Below, piece after piece: positions 26,118 to 38,299 of a DNA stretch of 42,987 nucleotides. The notes under the pieces were generated by a model that was given only the letters and a program-made list of their open reading frames with translations, was not told where the DNA came from and ran no database searches. The position numbers and the translations under genes were made by a program. The stretch is from assembly GCA_032718475.1 (NCBI GenBank), contig JAUCBJ010002533.1:1-42987 (forward strand), read 5' to 3'. Numbering within the stretch: the stretch's first letter is position 1; the number at the start of each line of letters is the position of its first letter. The stretch is from Nemertoderma westbladi. Taxonomy: Eukaryota; Animalia; Xenacoelomorpha.

Positions 26118-27904
26118 ATGGATTTCTGAACACTGATCTTCATATTGGCTGCGAATTTGGGATTTGCTTGTTTGAGTTGCAGAAGCGGTCACCTATGCAT
26201 CCCTAAGTGGTGTGACCCATTTATGTGTGTATGTAGGAATCATTCAAACTATATAGCTTAACATCATATAACATATTACAGTGAAACAACTATCTTATTT
26301 TCGGGCAGTTGGCATGAATTACAGTGAATTAAAGTTAAGTAAATAATACAGATCCCGCACCGGTAAGTCAGTTATTTGTTTTGGCATTCTAATGTATTGG
26401 TTTGCATGGTATTGGTAAATTTTTACCAATTCTTTAATTTTTTTACAAATTTTTACCATATTTTACCAATCGGAATGAAGTATAACAAAGATAACCATTT
26501 GTGCATCCACAGTTAAATAAAAACAACTTAGCTTCCTCTTCCCCTTCCTCAGTCGCAGAGGTTGAAGCAATGCAGCTAAGTCCCCCGATAAATCCAAATC
26601 ATCAATAAATGTCACTTTTTAACTAAGTATGTAAAATAAAAGTAAATGCGAATAATAATAAATTATGTGAATGACTTTAAGCTAATTATATGAAATTATA
26701 TATAATAATTTAACTAGGATAACAAATATATAATACTGGCAGGTGGTTTTCTACCATGGCCTTGTCCGTGGATGATCAATATCAATATTATATTTGTCAT
26801 TTTGAGCCTTTGATGGAAGACTTAATGTTCCCAACATTATTCGGTGGAAACTTTATTATATAAGCCGAGCCAACAAACTTGTGAAACATCACCCAAGATA
26901 GATAGTATACCGAGTATACAACATAACTCCTTGCTGAGCGGTTGTCAGAAAAAGGAAAAGTTTGGAACGGTAAATTCATTTCACGTATAATCAATCACTT
27001 AGTAAAAGGATAATGAGCCCATTGGATTCGGTCCATTAACACAGTGCAGCAAAATGTTGTCGAAAATCCTAATTAAATTATTTTTTACAAGCTATAATAT
27101 TACAATAACTTGGATGTCGGACAGTTTTGACAGGAGTGGATAACATTATAAACACAGCCCCACAATGCTTAATTTAATGGTTATGTTATTGGTAGTGACA
27201 GTTGAGCCTCTCCAACGTAGTAGCGGGGGGTATGTTATCTTATGTTAAGTAAATATACGAATAAAATTTGTGTTTGCAATAAACCATTGGCTATCGGGTC
27301 GCCGGCTTCATTCAAGACTTCAACACTAGAAAATGGAACAGAATTGGGAGGATAACTCAAGTTCGTAACAATACTAGAAGCTGCTACATCCTTCTACCTT
27401 AAGGGCCAGAATTCATTTCGACCTAAGAATTCATTGTTTCCTTCTAAGGATAGCTCCATTAATATCCACAAATAACCATCAACAGATCAACTAGCAACAA
27501 TCTCCCGCGATAACGCCATACACCCAATTCAGCATGGCTCAACACAGTGTGATGGAAAGACGATAGCCGGGAAGAGGATGACGGATAGAGGAAAACGATA
27601 TGCCACTCAGATGTAGTTGTAGAACTAAGATTCAGAGGCAGCTATTCCAAACAAACTCTTATTAAAATTGACTCATATCAGTTATTAAAGCTTTTCCGGC
27701 AAAAATGTGTCGTTTTTGTGCAATTCGCGAACTACTCTAAAAACGCCAGCATTGTTCTAAGGTGTTGAATAAAGTATAAACTTATGACCACTAGTGTCTG
27801 TCTTAATCCAGAACTAACATGACGAAATTTGCCAGTTGTTTCTGTATGTGTAGAGCCTGTGTTATATTTTGGCCAATCAGCGCGATTTTCGATTTAACTG
27901 CCTT

Positions 27905-29306
27905 TGTTGACATATAAAGATAACGCAATGCGGCAAATCCACACTTCCTGTCACTTCCAGACTTTACCCGAAACATCATCGGCCAGAGAGATCATAGAAT
28001 GCAAATGACTAACTTCTGACACTGCCACACCGCATCCCTTATACTGTTTTTATACTGTTATAATATACTGTGTTTGTAACCTATTTGATTAATACTAATA
28101 TTTGGAGAATATTTACGAATAACCTGGCTTTCTTGATTATTGAGGTAAGCATAGGGGAATACTAGAAATATTCCTTGGGAATAGAGCTTGGGAAGCTAGC
28201 GCAGATCTTCACTGCGAGTCGCGCCATCATTATTATCCAGGACGCGCCTATGAGGGAGTGTACGCATTTCACCCCTATCTTTTTCCCCAAATCAAACAGA
28301 AAACTCGTATTCACAGTTACGAATTACTCAAACGCGTTGGTGAGTGTATTTCCACAAAATATGTCAGAAAATATTTGAGAAATATTAACCCAAGTAATCT
28401 TGACTCGTACAACTTGATTGGTTTCAATAGCCAAGACCTGGAATACGGTGAGACATTTATAAATGCGCACCCTGAACTGCAAGAAGTCCACCAACGACCC
28501 TATGAGTATAAGGCGAGGGAATGGGAATTATAAAGAACTGTTAAACCCCGAAAATTCCTCACTACTCACGGCCTACCCACGGCAGTCGTGCAAACGACTA
28601 AAGCAGGACCAGTGCAAGCTGCTGTCCTGAGACGGGCCTTAAAGGTTGTGCGCCCTCGACCCCTTCGGCCCTCCGATAAACGTGTCGATATCGTAGTTCC
28701 ACCACAGGAAAGAAGTAGATCTCCTATGGATGTTGATCAACCAGGTACCTCGACCGGCGGATACACCGACTGCAACCCAAACCCTTCTGATGCAATTGTA
28801 TTGCACCCTTCCTCAAGGAGTTATAGCCCTCCTAGTAAAGTAGCTCTATCCGTGGAGAAAAGGACTATCCAAAGGTTTAAAAAACTCCATAAACGTCGTT
28901 CTAGAAAGAAGGATTGATTATTTAGAGTAGTAAATTTATTAGATAAAGATAAAGATAACACATATAAAGATGACGCAATGCGGCAAATCCACACTTCCTG
29001 TCACTTCCTGACTTTGCCCGAAACATCAGCGGCCAGAAAGATCATAGAACACAAGTCTATTGATATACCATACTTTCCACTCACCTGACCACTTGAGTGA
29101 TTAACCACTGGCACATCCTGACTCTCAAACGTCCTGACTTCTGACACTGCCGCACCACATCCCTTATACTGTTTTTATACTGTTATAATATACTGTGTTT
29201 GTAACCTATTTGATTAATGCTAATATTTGGAGAATATTTGAGAATAACCGGTAACTCTCTTGGCTTTCTTGATTATTGAGGTAAGCAGAGAGGAATACTA
29301 GTAACA
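27905..29306 (+). mobile_element. 1.4-kb element bounded by LTR-like direct repeats (27905-28170, 28960-29306) with an internal degraded ORF
   Basis: Both repeats share CATATAAAGAT..GCGGCAAATCCACACTTCCTGTCAC..TTGAGGTAAGC..GAATACTAG, and the outer ends are TGTT...AACA. The first copy lacks ~75 bp. No clear TSD or PBS. Confidence 0.65.
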
Positions 29307-30241
29307 ATTGCCTGGCTCAAAACAAGGGTTTGTATGAGTTCATGCTTTTTCATAGCCCCCAAAGTACGTGAGCTAAATTTCTCCTTAATATGAGTAAAAT
29401 CGGTGACAGTTGGCAAATTAGTGTGTTTCAGTACTATTGTCAGTGGCGTGAGTGTGAACGATTAATAATACATTCCTAAAGAATGTAAACATTTTGCGTT
29501 ATCTCATGACCATCTGTTGTAATTATTATAAGTCATAACTCTGCGTGGTATTTAAAGTGCAGCACCTAAAAGGAACTGTTGGTATTTCCCTGAAAATAAA
29601 CATAGTTTTTGGAGATTATATAGTAGAGATCAATCGAATAATACAAAGTAGCCTACTCCTCTCTCTGCCATAGAATCCAGTCTCCCACTGTGTTCATATT
29701 TTGTACAGGCTGTCAGACATTATAAGACACATAAATTAGCAGGTTAAACTGTTAAAGGTCTAAAACGGCGAACATCAGTAACGACAGATTTCATCGATCT
29801 TGGGGGGCGTGTTGAATACCACAATATGAGAAACTATAGGTATGATGTGTGAGTCAGCTGTTGTCTTAATTAATACCCTGGAGAACTATTAGAGAGCTAG
29901 TTATTAACTGATGTTGGGTACCTATGACCTAGTATGATGTTAATATTATTACAATTTGTAATTGCAACTAATATTATAGATTTTGAGGTGATGGTGTATA
30001 AGAGAGAAGTCTATCAAATATAGCCAACATATTACTCACATTTACTTACTGTTGTCTGTATTACATTGTTTTCTAGACAAACAACATAAATAACTTTCAA
30101 TCATTTGAACATCAATGACGTCTCTACACCTTTAAGTTTCTGAGTTTCACAGTTGTAAACTTGGTAAGAAGCTTACCTGTGCAGTTGTGCACCCCTTTGC
30201 ACAAATCAATATTAGCACGGATCTGTTCATATTTGAACTGT

Positions 30242-30454
30242 TCATACTCGACATGATGAGGTTCTGATTAAAGACATGGGGGCGGTTGGCGACTTGCCCT
30301 CGCACTTTACCTGCATCACCGGAGGCGACATGGGGGCGACCTGGAGGCGACCCGGAGGAGAGCCAGTGGCTACAGGAAGGCTCCTCTCTCGATAGCTACT
30401 AGACGTAGGTTGGGGTGGAATACAGGCCCTCAACCAACTGAGTTACCCGCCGCC
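30242..30454 (-). mobile_element. Possible tRNA-derived SINE remnant
   Basis: The minus strand begins GGCGGCGGGTAACTCAGTTGGTTGAG (A-box-like) followed by a GC-rich body. No B box seen. Confidence 0.35.
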
Positions 30455-30658
30455 TTATATAATAGAAGCGAATAACGGAGTCGCCACTTTTGGGACATTT
30501 TAGAATCCGAGCTCCACCAGCGATGATTGCTGTAATAGAGAGGGGAATGTATCGTTTCAAGGTATATGATGCAAAATCCCATCACGTCAAATTAAAATAT
30601 TCATTAAATAAATTTGAGTTAAGCTGTTAATGCAACTGTATTAATGATGTAATATAAG

Positions 30659-30706
30659 GGTTATACGTACGTTTCGGCCTATCAGGCCTCATCGATAGCG
30701 CTAACC
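30659..30706 (-). ncRNA. Degenerate minimal type-I hammerhead-ribozyme-like motif
   Basis: Minus strand reads GGTTA-gcgcta-TCGATGA-GGCCT-gat-AGGCC-GAAAC-GTAC-GTA-TAACC. Stems I and II and the palindromic mini-stem III are present, but the core is not CUGANGA. Confidence 0.5.
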
Positions 30707-32807
30707 AGTTAAGCCACTTGCCCCTGACATTTTGCTCTCCCACCTAATCCACTACTATTTAACTATTTAAGTTGCATATATCCATCTCTAACAGCGGACC
30801 TAACGGCCTCAAGTATGTTAGAGTGAAACAGGAGGGAAATACAAATAAATAAAAATATTCAGCTCGAATTCAATAATTTTTAAATACTAAATATTCAATT
30901 ACATTATTATTAAATATATTGTCTCAATGTCAAATTATCAATTTATAGAAAGGATCAAGTTAGAGTGCACGTTATTCTAACCTAAACAATAGACTAAAGT
31001 TAATATAACAGGTTACAGTACACTGTTGTACAGTGACTGCCAGGCAAGTGGCGCTTGTGAATGTGAACAGGCAGCCAGACAAAGAATTGCAGTGCAGCAG
31101 TCGCAATGCTGTACGCCTACTGCGCAATCTTGTGGTGTTTTGCCATCATTGGATTACCCCTAAAAACCAATCAGCAGAGACAGTATTTTGTATTAAATTA
31201 CTTTTAGGGTCGAAAATGGGGTGAAATTATCGGATTTTATTAAATAAAAAATGAAAAGTGTGACTTCTAATAATAGCGATCTGACTGGAAAGTGAGATTT
31301 TATTCAAAGTTGTATAATTTCGATATTTTCGTTAATAATTTCGTCTTTTCGTTATTTTTGGGTTTTATACAGTAACTATCCGGTTAGCAACAATACCCTT
31401 ATTCAGGGAAACCACAGTAATTTATTGCGGACATCATATCTGAAGCTTTTAAAACCTTGACAATAAATTTATTACCTTAAAATGTATATATAAATAATTT
31501 GTCTCTTGCTTGTTTATAACACTTTTTAATGCTAAATATAGAAAATTTAGTAATGCATGGCGAATATGGATACTATGCATAATTATTATATTATTCATTG
31601 TTTGATTGTAATATAATATGAGATTACGAAAAGTTTGCGCATGAATCTTTATTGCAGTTGTAAAATTATGTGCAATCTGGTTGGATTTTTCTGCAGGTGC
31701 ACTTCTGCGATTTACATGGGGTTTTGGATGAACAGTTGTAAACACCGAATTAATTGCAAAATGCATTCCGGGGCTGGTGGTATGCCCTCGGGGATTGCAA
31801 TCGGGGAAAGTTGATTGCTACAGTATGTTTATTTTGTTCTAAAATATACAGTAATATAATGGAAAAAACAAACACATGAAATGGTTATTTTTAAAAAATT
31901 TAATATGTTTTTTGGTTCAATTTATTTCGTATGTTCAGATAGAACTCAAGCCTGTAGATGTATACTGTAGGCCTACAGTCTATTTATTATTTATTATCAT
32001 ATTTATTGGATCTTCTAGAAGTATACGGAAAATAAATCCCAATGTAACTCGATTTGAACCAGTGGATTTTACCAAAGAGCGTTCCTCTAGCAGGGATATC
32101 ACGTCGTAGACGAAGCATTGTTATGACCACCATCATTGACAACCACAATATGTAATTACAGTATATGTTAGTGCAAGTCATGGGCTTTAAATAATTATGG
32201 AAAATAAACATATCCTGACCAGGACCTTCTATTTTTTTCTGTCATTTTTTTACATTACTGCTTTAGTTTTCCCCCCTATCTGACTGTTTGGTAGTGTGCC
32301 GTACTCAAGAACCAGTGTACTGTTGTAGGCCTATCAGTACTACAGTTACAGTAAGTAATATGTACCGGTAGCAAGGCGTACTATATACAAGGCCATACCA
32401 TCGAGTTAACTGGGGGCAAGATTATTTTTTTACAACAATATGATATTTTGATATGGGGAGAGTTCTATAAATTTTAATTTGCTCCAATTTGGTCAATGGA
32501 CGTAATTGAAGCATCCTCGTTAAGTAAGATACAAAATTATATGGTATTTTATGGTTTTCTAATGCTTTGGTGTTGGTGTTATTTACTAGTGTCATAATAG
32601 TTTATATTGTATCTATATAGTTATTACATGTACATTACATTACTAGACACGTGACATAATTGCCTAAGTACAAATGTTATAAATAAAAACAATATGCTAT
32701 AAAATATGTTATTTAAAATTAAAAACTATATAATGTAAAGTACAATTATTATTTTAACGCCACATACTGTATGTACATACAGTATGTATGTACATACTGT
32801 ATGTACG

Positions 32808-33179
32808 TCTCTTCCAGCAGAAGTGCAAGCTATGAGACGTAACCTGTATCATATTACTAGACTGAGGAATGGACTCCGCAACAATGAACCTGGGGCTTAT
32901 AAGGCTGTGAGCGATCGTTTCCTAGTTTGGTTTAACCCACGTAAGGAGTTGTATGAACTACGTGAGATTCGTGATAGTAAATGGGTACCATCTAACGTTG
33001 TCCTTCAGGCAACACCAGGTGATATCTCAGAGGCAGGCAAACTCATAAAAGGGTTTAGGTCCAGTTCATGGTCCAGTGGCACTCACGCCCACAGAGCAGA
33101 GTCTATTGGGAGGCAAACTATGGAAACAAACAGAGCCAATACCAACGATATCACAGTCATGGGGGATTGCCTGGATTGA
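32808..33179 (+). CDS. Probable C-terminal part of ORF1 of the same LINE
   Basis: Open frame directly upstream of, and in frame with, ORF2. LPAEVQAMRRNLY..RNG..V.D loosely resembles LINE ORF1 C-terminal domains. Confidence 0.45.
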   Translation, partial: SLPAEVQAMRRNLYHITRLRNGLRNNEPGAYKAVSDRFLVWFNPRKELYELREIRDSKWVPSNVVLQATPGDISEAGKLIKGFRSSSWSSGTHAHRAESIGRQTMETNRANTNDITVMGDCLD

Positions 33180-36100
33180 CTAACTGCTAATAAGTTATTT
33201 CCTTGGAGTAAACAATTTCAAACTAGGGGTGTTCATATTGCTCATATTAATATCCGCAGCCTTCTACCGAAAATTAGTGAACTACGAGTAATGCTTTCAA
33301 AACCGTTTCTACATGTACTTTTAGTTACTGAAACATGGCTTGACGATTCAACTACAGATGAAAGTGTCAACATACCACATTATAAAATAATAAGAAGAGA
33401 TAGAGAAGCAAATAAGGATGGAGGTGGCATTGCTATCTATATTAATGTTAATATTGATTTTGAAAAGATCCCAAAATTCTCCCACCCAAAGTCAGAGATA
33501 TTATTTGGAGAACTGCTCCTGTCTGGGACCAAACCAATACTAATTGGAGTCATATACCGACCACAAACAGATACGACTTTTTTTGAAAACATAGAGGATA
33601 CTCTTGGAGACATATCATCGTATCACGAAGTTTATATATTGGGAGACACAAATACGGACACTTCAAAGCCCAGATATCAACCCGTATCAACATTACCCGA
33701 TGTCATGGAAACTGGAAACCAAGCAACGATAACATTACCGGTAACTGAAGATACTGCTACACCCCATAAACTAGCACACTTCTGCAGATCTCTTAGTCTG
33801 AAGCAAATAATAACTGAGTATACGCGTGTCACGGAAACTTCAAGTACCATAATTGATCATGTATTTGTCTCAAATATGAATATGGTAAGCCAAAGTGGTG
33901 TTATTAAACTAAGAATGAGTGACCACTACCTGATATTCTGTACCCGTAAGAAGGTTAAAATACCCATAAATCACCACAAAGAAATCATTTGTCGAAATTA
34001 TAAAAACTATAATAAAGATATAATGCTGGCAAACACAAGAACAAACACCGTTATCCAGGGAGTAACATCTCAGACAGATGTCAATGATGCAGCAAGGCAG
34101 CTATCTGATGAACTCAAAAATATAATTGACCGTTTAGCGCCGCCAAGATCAGTGAGGGTTAAACACCGAAGCGAGCCATGGATGGATAATGAGGTTCGCG
34201 ATGCCATTACAAAACGCCACAAAGCTACACTTGTTTTTCACCAAGCAAAAGCCAATGAAGATGATTTCAAAAAAATTAGGAATAAAGTAACTAGTTTAAT
34301 ACGTTTCAAAAAAGCAGAATATATCAAAGCAAAAGTACAATCTTCTAAAAACAATCCCAAAGACCTTTGGAAAATTTTCAAATCACTTGGCATGCCTTCC
34401 AAAAAGACACAAACAGCTGATTCTGCCAGTCCAGGATTGATAATAGATGGTGTAATATCACGTGACCCAAAACTAATAAGCAACTGTTTTAACGAGTATT
34501 TTTCAAATGTCGCAAAATCCTTGGAATCGAAATTACCATCTCCTACAGGACGATTTGGATACGAGGCTACAAGGGATTATTACCAAAACATGGGAACCAG
34601 TCAGGAAACATTTACTCTTTCCGAAATAACTGAACAAGAAATAGAGTCAATTATCCAGGAAATTGATACAAGCAAAAGTACAGGCGCAGATGGAATTCCA
34701 GCACGAATAATAAAGGATTGCAGTGACGTCATTACTGGACCTATAACACACATAGTTAATACTTCGATCAAAACCAGCACTTTTCCTGAAAATTACAAAA
34801 CCGCCAAAGTCAAGCCTATTAAAAAAAGTTCTAGTAATGCTCTAGAAAAGGAAAATAACAGACCGATTTCTCTCCTGCCAATTTTATCGAAGATTCTTGA
34901 AAGGGTCGTCCACAACCAGCATGCGGAATATATAGCAACAAGTGGGATCGCTAATAAACTTCAGTCTGGATTTCGGCGTGGATATTCGACTGAGACTACC
35001 CTAATCTATGTAGACAACTTCATCCGAGAAGGTATTGAGAAAGGCCATCTTACAGGTATGGTTCTAATAGACCTCAGCAAGGCGTTCGACACCATAGATC
35101 ATTCCACACTGCTAGCCAAACTCAAACTTATGGGATTCTCTGATAGCACTACAAGATGGATGAAATCGTACCTGACGGGTAGACAGCAGTTTGTGAGTAT
35201 TAATGGTGTAGAATCGGAAAGAAGCCAAATTGACATTGGAGTTCCTCAAGGTTCGATTTTGGGGCCCGATTTATTCGGTGACCATACCAATGACATTTCA
35301 CAAGCTATAGAAATTGCAGCCCCAATGTTTGCCGATGATACCAGCTTATTGGACTCAAATTCTGATGTGGATGAACTATCTCGCGTCCTGTCAGAGAATA
35401 TGGATGCTGTGTACGATTGGTGTAATGATAATCGCCTTAGCATAAATTTCAAGAAAACCCAGGCAATTTGTTTTGGTACACATCAGAGGTTAGCATCAGC
35501 TCCGAAACTGCAAGTTAAATGCGGCGGCATTGATATACCGGTGAAGGATGCGGTAACCTATCTCGGAGCAGAACTCGATGACACTCTTGCAGGTGAGAAT
35601 ATGGCTCAAAAAATAATTAAAAAGGGAAACAGCCGTCTAAAATTTCTTCACCGCAATGGAGGAGTTCTCGATCGCCATTCCCGTCGACTACTCTGCATGG
35701 CCCTCATCCAGCCCCATATGGACTACGCCTCTAGCTGCTGGTTCTTGACTATCTCTTCCAAATTGCGAACTCAGTTGGAGGCTCTCCAACGAAAATGCAT
35801 TCGTTTCTGCCTGGGTATAGGGTCTCGTGATCACATCGGCCCGGTCCACTTCAAGGATATAAACTGGCTTCCATTAAGGGAAAGGTGCTATTCTAAAATA
35901 CTGTCGTATATGTATAAAGTTTTACACTTGCAAGCTCCATCATACCTCTTGGAGCTAGTTTCCTTTAATCAAGGTGCAATGAATCTTCGGGGGCCACATA
36001 TACGTGCGGAAATCCCACAGAGACACACCGTCCACGGCCAGTCTACATTCTCATACTATGGGCCCTCGTTGTGGAATGATCTACCAGGGTCAATAACTCG

Positions 36101-36194
36101 AGCGCCATCTCTTGTCGTATTCCAACACAACCTGAAGAAACACTTTTTAGATAAACTTGCATCCACGGATATCTCGGTGTTCACAATAACATAG
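33180..36194 (+). CDS. ORF2: apurinic-like endonuclease plus reverse transcriptase (open frame from 33180; first ATG at 33291)
   Basis: Endonuclease motifs HINIRSL, VTETWL, GGGIAIY, YRP, GDTN, IDH and SDH; RT motifs [33 protein letters not shown] and YLG. Confidence 0.95.
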   Translation, partial: LTANKLFPWSKQFQTRGVHIAHINIRSLLPKISELRVMLSKPFLHVLLVTETWLDDSTTDESVNIPHYKIIRRDREANKDGGGIAIYINVNIDFEKIPKFSHPKSEILFGELLLSGTKPILIGVIYRPQTDTTFFENIEDTLGDISSYHEVYILGDTNTDTSKPRYQPVSTLPDVMETGNQATITLPVTEDTATPHKLAHFCRSLSLKQIITEYTRVTETSSTIIDHVFVSNMNMVSQSGVIKLRMSDHYLIFCTRKKVKIPINHHKEIICRNYKNYNKDIMLANTRTNTVIQGVTSQTDVNDAARQLSDELKNIIDRLAPPRSVRVKHRSEPWMDNEVRDAITKRHKATLVFHQAKANEDDFKKIRNKVTSLIRFKKAEYIKAKVQSSKNNPKDLWKIFKSLGMPSKKTQTADSASPGLIIDGVISRDPKLISNCFNEYFSNVAKSLESKLPSPTGRFGYEATRDYYQNMGTSQETFTLSEITEQEIESIIQEIDTSKSTGADGIPARIIKDCSDVITGPITHIVNTSIKTSTFPENYKTAKVKPIKKSSSNALEKENNRPISLLPILSKILERVVHNQHAEYIATSGIANKLQSGFRRGYSTETTLIYVDNFIREGIEKGHLTGMVLIDLSKAFDTIDHSTLLAKLKLMGFSDSTTRWMKSYLTGRQQFVSINGVESERSQIDIGVPQGSILGPDLFGDHTNDISQAIEIAAPMFADDTSLLDSNSDVDELSRVLSENMDAVYDWCNDNRLSINFKKTQAICFGTHQRLASAPKLQVKCGGIDIPVKDAVTYLGAELDDTLAGENMAQKIIKKGNSRLKFLHRNGGVLDRHSRRLLCMALIQPHMDYASSCWFLTISSKLRTQLEALQRKCIRFCLGIGSRDHIGPVHFKDINWLPLRERCYSKILSYMYKVLHLQAPSYLLELVSFNQGAMNLRGPHIRAEIPQRHTVHGQSTFSYYGPSLWNDLPGSITRAPSLVVFQHNLKKHFLDKLASTDISVFTIT

Positions 36195-36515
36195 CGATTT
36201 TATTATGTTTCTATTACTTATAAACTTTATATTTTATCTACCTTTTATAACAGGGATCCCTATGGAAATGAGATGTAATTATCTCTTAGGGCTATCCTTA
36301 GCTTGTAATCCGCTAATAAACAAGTTCAAGTTCAAGTTCAACTACTGTACTGTGGTTGGCATTACGCCATATACCTAACACTAATAATACAGTCTACAAT
36401 ACAGCCTATCTACAGTACAGAATGGATTTTTTGCCACGAAGAGCAATAAATGTCATTAATACTATCCACCAGTATACCTTCTCCAAGAGCCTTCCAATAA
36501 AACATGTATTCCAGC

Positions 36516-36587
36516 ATGACGTCCACTGCACGTCTTCGTGCTGTCCATTGTGACGTGCAGTGGACGTCATAGGCTCTAAGGGGTTAA
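36516..36587. mobile_element. piggyBac-like terminus with a 19-bp subterminal inverted repeat
   Basis: ATGACGTCCACTGCACGTC (36516-36534) pairs with GACGTGCAGTGGACGTCAT (36552-36570), followed by AGGGG|TTAA. Confidence 0.5.
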
Positions 36588-36966
36588 GCAACACGGTCCC
36601 TACTTCGCCCTGTCGACACCCCAGCCATTTTTCACCAATCCTTTTTTAGAGTTTTTAAATTTTTTTGGTATTGGTGAAAGTTCTACAACATTAGTAGATA
36701 TGTTTTTTATGATAGCTAGTGTTTTTTTGCTAGCTAGTATTTTTTGAAATTATAAAAAATGTGAAAGTCCATGATATTTCAGGTTAAACTGTTGAAGAAT
36801 ATATTAATGACCAAAATAATTTCCAAAAATTACTAGCTAGTAAAAAATACTAGCTATATACCATAAAAAATCTACTAAGGTTCTAGAACATTCACTAATA
36901 TAAAAAAGCACTCAAAATCACAAAAAAATAAAGGTTAAAAAACTCATTCGGGACCCTTTTGCTTAA
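36584..36966. mobile_element. MITE-like element flanked by TTAA, with an internal imperfect palindrome
   Basis: Ends are TTAAGCAACACGGTCCC and GGGACCCTTTTGCTTAA. Internal arms ~36661-36753 and ~36816-36907 are reverse complements. Confidence 0.75.
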
Positions 36967-38299
36967 GGAGTCAAAATTGTAGAACAAATTCCCGAAGTTT
37001 GCGACGTTTGCGAAATTCGCGAAGAATCCGTCAGTTTCTGTGCCCTAATGGTTTCGTGACGAAACAATCAAATCTTACACACTTAACACACACGAACTAA
37101 TTTAATGTGGGTATTAGTATGCCTGAATAATTAAATAGAAATTAAATTAATGAACGCTATTTCAACATGAAATCTACGGAATCAATACACAACACACGCA
37201 CACTACTGAATTTAAAAATTTATATAGATTGCAACTTATATTTGGCTACCTTTTAATGGGTGACTAATTTAATTATTCACCCCTATATATTTGTAGCCTT
37301 TTTAATTTGTGCCTCTAATTGAATCAAACATTAAACTAAAATATATGTCACAATATTGGTCTGTCGGTAGCTGGTCAATGAATCTCTCATAAATTTGTTA
37401 ATTAGTCGCTGCTCAGTCATTGAACATTTGAACACGTGCTGCTCGAAGACCCCACAACGTGTTGTATTGTTGGGCGACTTCTGTAGTATTTTGTTGTTAC
37501 GTTGCAGGACTGGCGCAAATCGCTAATTCTTGATTGCTTTCTACTTCTCGCTTGATGTTTTTTTCAATCATAATTTAAGTCTAATTAATACAGTATTTAG
37601 GCTAACTCTATGTAAATCAGTAGTGTAACTATATTTATTGTTACAAACTTCTGGAATAAATATACATTAGTTAGTTAGAAGTCTGTATAAGTTATATAAG
37701 TTAGTGTAGTTACATAAATTTGGGTATGTTTTTGGAAAATAATACTAGTGTCTATTCTACATTAGGCGGTTGTCTAAAAAAGGGGGGAATTTTGTCAGTT
37801 TGTAATTCGCCGGAAGTACAGCAGGCAGTAAATCAACTGACTGCATTCAGTAAGCTCTGTTACCACAGTAACATCCAAATGGTCGACGCAGATCCATTGC
37901 ACGTTTCAGGTTTGAACTAATTTAAAATATTCTCCAAGCGAACATTCGATTGCCTAGTGAACCGCGCGATCCTTGTGACTACCTACGCTCATGTTGAAAC
38001 AGGTCAATGTTTTGGTTGGCGTTAAGATTTAGTTTGTTAACTACTCTTATTATCACTAATTACTTTTGTGCTGAGAATATATTTTTAATATTTTATGTGT
38101 TGTTTTTCTGAAGGCGACAGAATTTGATATTGTGCTGAGAGCGAAAGCTATTATTTAATTACGTGTCTGGACTGGCAATTATAGAGGCGTTTTCACATTG
38201 TTGTAAAATTGTGATAATTAATGATATAATAATTGTCCGAAATTAATATTGAATAGATTTATTTGTTTTTGTGGCGGAAGGGGGGGGGGGGTCTCCCTT

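Larger units (their letters stand above)
32807..36341 (+). mobile_element. L2/CR1-group LINE (Crack/L2-like), 5'-truncated in putative ORF1, with intact ORF2, hairpin 3' UTR and AATAAA plus (CAAGTT)n tail
   Basis: APE and RT motifs, tail at 36315-36341, and a GGGAT.CCTA...GAGAT..ATCTC..TAGGG.ATCC stem in the 3' UTR. Confidence 0.92.

Noticed and set aside
25841-26206. 121-aa ORF
   Set aside because: It lies within the arm of the foldback repeat and has no protein motif.
27220-27330. PPT-like AGCGGGGGG followed by TGTT...AATAAA...CAACA
   Set aside because: Too short, with no partner LTR or convincing pol sequence.
34238-35452. Antisense ORFs within the LINE ORF2
   Set aside because: These are shadow frames of the real coding strand.
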